Assembly: GCA_002269645.1 (NCBI GenBank) | Contig: NIVC01001317.1 | Location: 264,425 to 288,418, forward strand | DNA length: 23,994 nt | DNA from: Macrostomum lignano | Lineage: Eukaryota | Reading direction: 5' to 3' | In this document: positions 19,108 to 23,994 of the stretch, piece after piece | How positions within the stretch are numbered: position 1 is the first letter of the stretch | How the letters are laid out: each line of letters starts with the position of its first letter | Notes under the pieces: generated by a model | What the model saw: the letters and a program-made list of their open reading frames with translations, nothing else | Databases searched by the model: none | What the model was told of the DNA's origin: nothing | Position numbers and translations under genes: made by a program

Positions 19108-21740
19108 CTTTTGATTAGATAAGCTCCATAATTCTGGAGAATTTATGCTTGTTGCTTTCACAAGCTCTGCTTTCAATCCACACTACCAGGTCTTTCTATA
19201 ATCACTTCACTAGCTGACGACTTAAACCAGTTCGACCAATGTCAATTTTCGAACTATAGGAAAAGCTGTCCTTGCTATTCTCTGGAATTCCCCTATTGCT
19301 TTTAACAGTCGTGACTTTTACGTGTATATCTGCAGTAGGTGCGGGTTGTCTCCATGTCTAGCCTCGGGGTTGGAATACTATTATTATATTATATCAGCCA
19401 AGACGTAATTCTTTGCTGTAGTTTCTCGTGTATTTCAACCGACACAAGAAGCCCATTAAGCTGTTATAGTGGCTATAAAATTCTCCCACTGAGTGCCTCT
19501 ACGGACACAGCCATATTACACGTGGAAGTCAAAAGTTAAATTACACCCGATAAATTAAATACGAGTAGATTTTATTTAATTTTCGCGTATTACCCAACTT
19601 CCGTTTTTAGGGAACTCCCGTCAGTCGCTATAGGAGTCCTTTGCGAACGTGCAACAGGCGTATAACACTGTAGCTACTGTTAATAGGGCCGATAAGTCTT
19701 TGTTCTTGTCACGCGCTTGAATTCGGATTCCCCGCTGGTCAGTGGTTCGCTCCGGAGGGTTGGGTTAAAAGTGTCGTGATGCAATCAGCATTAATTAGAG
19801 CTGTGTCCTCCACGCGTGTGTCTGCTTAGGTCCGGAGTTATCGTTATGATAATGGATGGCTGGTTGCAGGTATGAAGTTTTAACTGCAGGATTTCCGCTT
19901 CTTCTTTTAATTCTTGAGTCATCGCGCGCTGAGTTGTCTCGAAGAACTTGGGAGCTAGTGGCCGCGGCCCGCACGCGAGCACATCCGAGTGTTCGGGAAC
20001 AGAGCTAACAGATGGGATAATTTCATAGCTGGATTGGACTGCAGATTCTGATAGGCAGATACAAGCGGAAGATTGAGGAAGCTGAGTCTGGCTTGCCTGC
20101 ATCATCATCAACCCCGTGCTGTTTCCGCTGACCAGTTCGCTACATTGAACAGTGTCGCCCGTCTGCGCGCCCCAGAGCACCACTTCTAACACTTAATTAT
20201 ATATCGAACCGCTATATTCTGGCTGCAGTTATGCAATTGGGAGAATGCTCAAAATATGAGGCTGGTGTAAAGACTATATAATCTCGTATAGAAAGAAGAC
20301 CCAAAAGAAATTTGTTGCTTTTTTGAACGCCCGGCTGAGCAGAGAAACCGCGAGTTCCCCGCTGTTTGAGCGCAGGTGAAACGTAACAACAGACATCCTT
20401 TTAGTATCGGCAATAATTCTCTTGAGTCGACACCTAAATCTACAAGCTTCTCCAAGGTCCCGAAGATAAGAGATTTCTGCTTTATAGCAGGCAACACAGA
20501 ATTGCAGTCTGAGATAGATAAAAATGCATATATTTTAAGACAAACTGATAAGAGACTTACAAAACCTAATTTTGAGCAAACAGATGCTTTGTGTAGACGC
20601 GCAAAGAAATAAGATCCAAGATAGATCATAAAATCTGTTATCAAAACGCATGTTAAGTCTCTGACTACAATCCAGATTCGTCTAGAATATGATTTTGTTC
20701 AGTGTCCGACCATCAGTTTTATCCTGTCTGCATGGAACCATGGCGGTTTCCGTGAAATTTGAAGCAACCGCCATTCCATGACGGCACGCGCCTCTCGTTT
20801 CCTGAGATTTGACCCTTCCCGCCCCTTGCCAGACTTCAGAAGCGGCTACCGCTGTTTGTTAAGGATTCCATGCCGTGTCTCCGTCCGGTCGCCTCTTGGA
20901 TTTATAGTGACTCTGCCGTCACTGTGTCCCTACAAAGTTAGCAAACAGTAAGCAGAGATAGGAGGCGCGAGAAGGGAGTTGAGAACCGGTGTTTGCTCAA
21001 CCACACGCTCCCTGGATGGACTCATGCCTCATAAGACTGAGCTAGTCTCTAAGCGGAGTCAGCCTCGCTCGTTCGGTCTCTATGCAACGTCGGCACTTAA
21101 ACACACAACCGCAGTGAGAAACTTCATCATCAGAGCTGTTTTCCTACTGATTTTCAATATATCCAACAGCCATCTGCATGCGCCAGCGTCCTCTGAAGGC
21201 ATGCGCCTAAACAGAACAACATACATCCGTCATCATTCGTTCGCCCTTGTTTTCATTTCTCAATATTCGAAGTTTTTCGAGGTCAGATAGATGGGGGGGG
21301 GGAGTAGAGGTGACCCCTGCAGTGATCCAGCTGGACAAACTTTGCGGCCGGGGGTCGGGCGATGCAAAAGTGTCCGGAAATGAGACGCTTTGAGCTTAGG
21401 GAAATATTTTCTTCAGGTGCCCGGTCTGCGGTTACCAAGATATTATTTGTTTATTAGGAATGAAATTCCACGATTTCTCTGCGCATGTCTACATTTAAAA
21501 AGCGGCGTGATGCCTGAAACTTCAATAGCAATTGACACTTGACATTGTGGACAAAGGAGCCAGATGGTCAAGGCTGGTAAGGGTGAGAAGGGGGAGAGAG
21601 GAGGAATGAGACAGGGGAAGAATCGCAGAGGTGAGTGAAGACTGTGATGTGACTGCAGAAGAGATGGGAGAGGTGAGAGTGAGGGAGAGAAAGTGAGATA
21701 GAGGGAAAGTGAATATGAGAGGAATAGAGTTGAGATCGGA

Positions 21741-23070
21741 GGGAGAGAGTGGAGATGGGAGAGAGGAGATTGGACGGAGAGTGATGGGAGAGTGGGGATG
21801 GGAGAGTGGAGATGGGAGAGTGGGGATAAGAGGGAGAGGAAATGGGAGGGAGAGTGGAGATGGAAGGGAGAGTGGGGATGGGAGGGAGAGTGGAGATGGG
21901 AGAGTGGGGATGGAGAGTGGGGATGGGAGAGTGGGGATGGGTGAGTGGGGATGGAAGGGAGAGTGGAGACGGGAGAGTGGGGATGGGAGGGAGAGTGGAG
22001 ACGGGAGAGTGGGGATGGGAGAGTGGGATGGGAGAGTGGGATGGGAGAGTGGAGATGGGAGAGTGGGGATGGGAGAGTGGAGATGGAGAGTGGGGATGGG
22101 AGAGTGGGGATGGGAGAGTGGAGATGGGAGAGTGGGGATGGGAGAGTGGGGATGGGAGAGTGGAGATGGGAGAGTGGGGATGGGAGAGTGGGGATGGGAG
22201 AGTGGGGATGGGAGAGTGGGGATGGGAGAGTGGGGATGGGAGAGTGGAGATGGGAGAGTGGGGATGGGAGAGTGGAGATGGGAGAGTGGAGATGGGAGAG
22301 TGGGGATGGGAGAGTGGGGATGGAGAGTGGGGATGGGAGAGTGGGGATGGGAGAGTAGGGATGGGAGAGGGAGAGTGGAGATGGAGAGTGGGGATGGGAG
22401 AGTGGGGATGGGAGAGTGGGGATGGGAGAGTGGAGATGGGAGAGTGGAGATGGGAGAGTGGGGATGGAGAGTGGGGATGGGAGAGTGGGGATGGGAGAGT
22501 GGAGATGGGAGAGTGGGGATGGGAGAGTGGGGATGGATGAGTGGGGATGGAAGGGAGAGTGGAGACGGGAGAGTGGGGATGGGAGGGAGAGTGGAGACGG
22601 GAGAGTGGGGATGGGAGGGAGAGAGGAGATGGGAGGGAGAGTGGGATGGGGAGAGTGGGGATGGGAGAGTGGAGATGGGAGAGTGGGGATGGGAGAGTGG
22701 GGATGGGAGAGTGGGGATGGGAGAGTGGAGATGGGAGAGTGGAGATGGGAGAGTGGGGATGGAGGGAGAGAGGAGATGGGAGGAGAGTGGGGATGGGAGG
22801 GAGAGAGGAGATGGGAGGGAGATGGGAGGGAGAGAGGAGATGGGAGGGAGAGTGGAGATGGGAGGGAGAGAGGAGATGGGAGGGAGAGTGGAGATGGGAG
22901 GGAGAGTGGGGATGGGAGGGAGAGTGGAGATGGGAGGGAGAGTGGGGATGGGAGGAGAGTGGGGATGGGAGGGAGAGAGGAGATAGGAGTGAGAGAGTTG
23001 AGACGGGAGAGAGGAGATGGGAGGAAGAGAGTTGAGATTGGAAGGAGAGAAGAGATGAGAGGAGATGGGA
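21741..23070. repeat. Purine-rich minisatellite, ~14-bp unit GGGAGAGTGG(G/A)GAT, preceded by GA-rich sequence from ~21575
   Basis: Dozens of GGGAGAGTGGGGAT/GGGAGAGTGGAGAT units; source of the ESGDGRVGMGEW and PSPLS ORFs. Confidence 0.96.
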
Positions 23071-23678
23071 GGCAGATCAATGCAGGATTCTGTTACGAGC
23101 TATACAACCTCAAACACCGGGAAAACATTCATGCCGGAAATTCTCCATCGCCCAACCTGCCGGGGGGGGGGGGGTTGGGGATGTAGGTATTTGGCTGCGC
23201 GCGTGTCTCGCTCGCCTATCTGCGAGTGGAGACTTGAGTCCGGTCGAACTTTCATTAGAATTTAATAAGCTTGAGTGTGTTTGGTCACGCCGCCGCCTTT
23301 GGTTGCGGTCTCGCTGGCCTAGGTGCGCGTGACTCCTGTTTTGGCAGGTGCGTGCCTGGGGACTCGCTGTGACTGGCTCTATAATATATGGCTTGAAATG
23401 AAATTCAAAATTGGACTGATTGAATCGGTGTTGCTGTCTCGGCGTAGCTGGGGTTGAGAGTGGTCGCATGCTTTTATTGCTTGAATTTCGGTTGAAGTGG
23501 GCTAATCTATGCATATACATAAATATATATGGCATACTTGATTGCGGTTGATACACAACTTTTCGGCAAAAGCTTTCTGGATTCTGTACAAAAAAATAAT
23601 GGATGTTGTGGAGGTGTTAGGGGCCACTTGCTGTTTCTGAGGCGTCCTTGATGCCTCTGGTGTCCTTTCACTTGCGTC

Positions 23679-23994
23679 CATCAGTTGTTTTTGGCGCCAA
23701 TCGGTTGTTTTAGATAATCGGTCAATCGGTCGTTTTTGGCGCCAATCGGTTGTTTTGGCGCCAATCGGTTGTTTTAGACAATCGGTCGTTTTTGGCGCCA
23801 ATCGGTTGTTTTTGGCACCAATCGGTTGTTTTTGGCGCCAATCAGTTGTTTTTACACCAATCGGTTGTTTTAAACAATCGGTTGTTTTTGGCGCCAATCA
23901 GTTGTTTCTGGCACCAATCGTTGTTTTTGGCACAAATAGGTTGCTTTTGGCGCCAATAGGTTGCTTTTGGCACCAATCGGTTGTTTTTGGCGCC
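23679..23994. repeat. 20-bp tandem repeat (TTTTTGGCGCCAATCGGTTG)n, truncated by the right window edge
   Basis: About 15 diverged units carrying TTGG(C/A)(G/A)CCAATC(G/A)GTTG. Confidence 0.92.

Noticed and set aside
14800-19770. piggyBac-like TTAACCC / GGGTTAA ends at ~15345, ~14800 and ~19763
   Set aside because: No inverted-repeat similarity beyond CCC and no transposase between them.
19339-21290. Short ORFs on both strands in moderately GC-rich unique sequence
   Set aside because: No recognisable motifs or consistent splice-phase chain were found. The region could be a decayed element or exons of a neighbouring gene and needs a BLASTx or RepeatMasker search.
21443-23959. Long ORFs (545, 425, 256 aa etc.) and ORFs 23110-23556, 23502-23897 and 23750-23959
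   Set aside because: Stop-free translations of the purine-rich and 20-bp minisatellites, or no homology signal.

Overview
AT-rich eukaryotic (animal-like, spliceosomal introns) genomic window; the taxon cannot be established from the sequence. (1) Bases 1-7009 are a head-to-tail array of a 154-bp unit (45 full units plus a partial, running off the left edge; all copies read look identical). Each unit contains a complete box C/D snoRNA with the U18/SNORD18 antisense element against large-subunit rRNA. The last copy sits 80 nt upstream of the splice acceptor of the first coding exon of an RPL21 gene, so the array appears to be an amplified intronic snoRNA. (2) An intact RPL21 CDS follows (7102-7338 + 7817-8062, 160 aa). 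(3) A spliced + strand gene not visible in the ORF track spans 8736-17115. It has two constant 5' exons, a cluster of seven short paralogous exons that all start in phase 1, end in phase 0 and share a basic C-terminal motif, and one constant 3' exon. This is the signature of a mutually exclusive exon cassette, here in a protein whose C-terminal half resembles the C14orf93-like family. (4) A structurally complete 3,670-bp hAT DNA transposon (13-bp TIRs, perfect 8-bp TSD, 791-aa transposase) is inserted in intron 2 of that gene and carries a nested 209-bp hAT-type MITE. (5) The rest is mostly micro- and minisatellites; most ORFs in the supplied track there are repeat artefacts. All calls are from reading the sequence by eye; no database searches were run.
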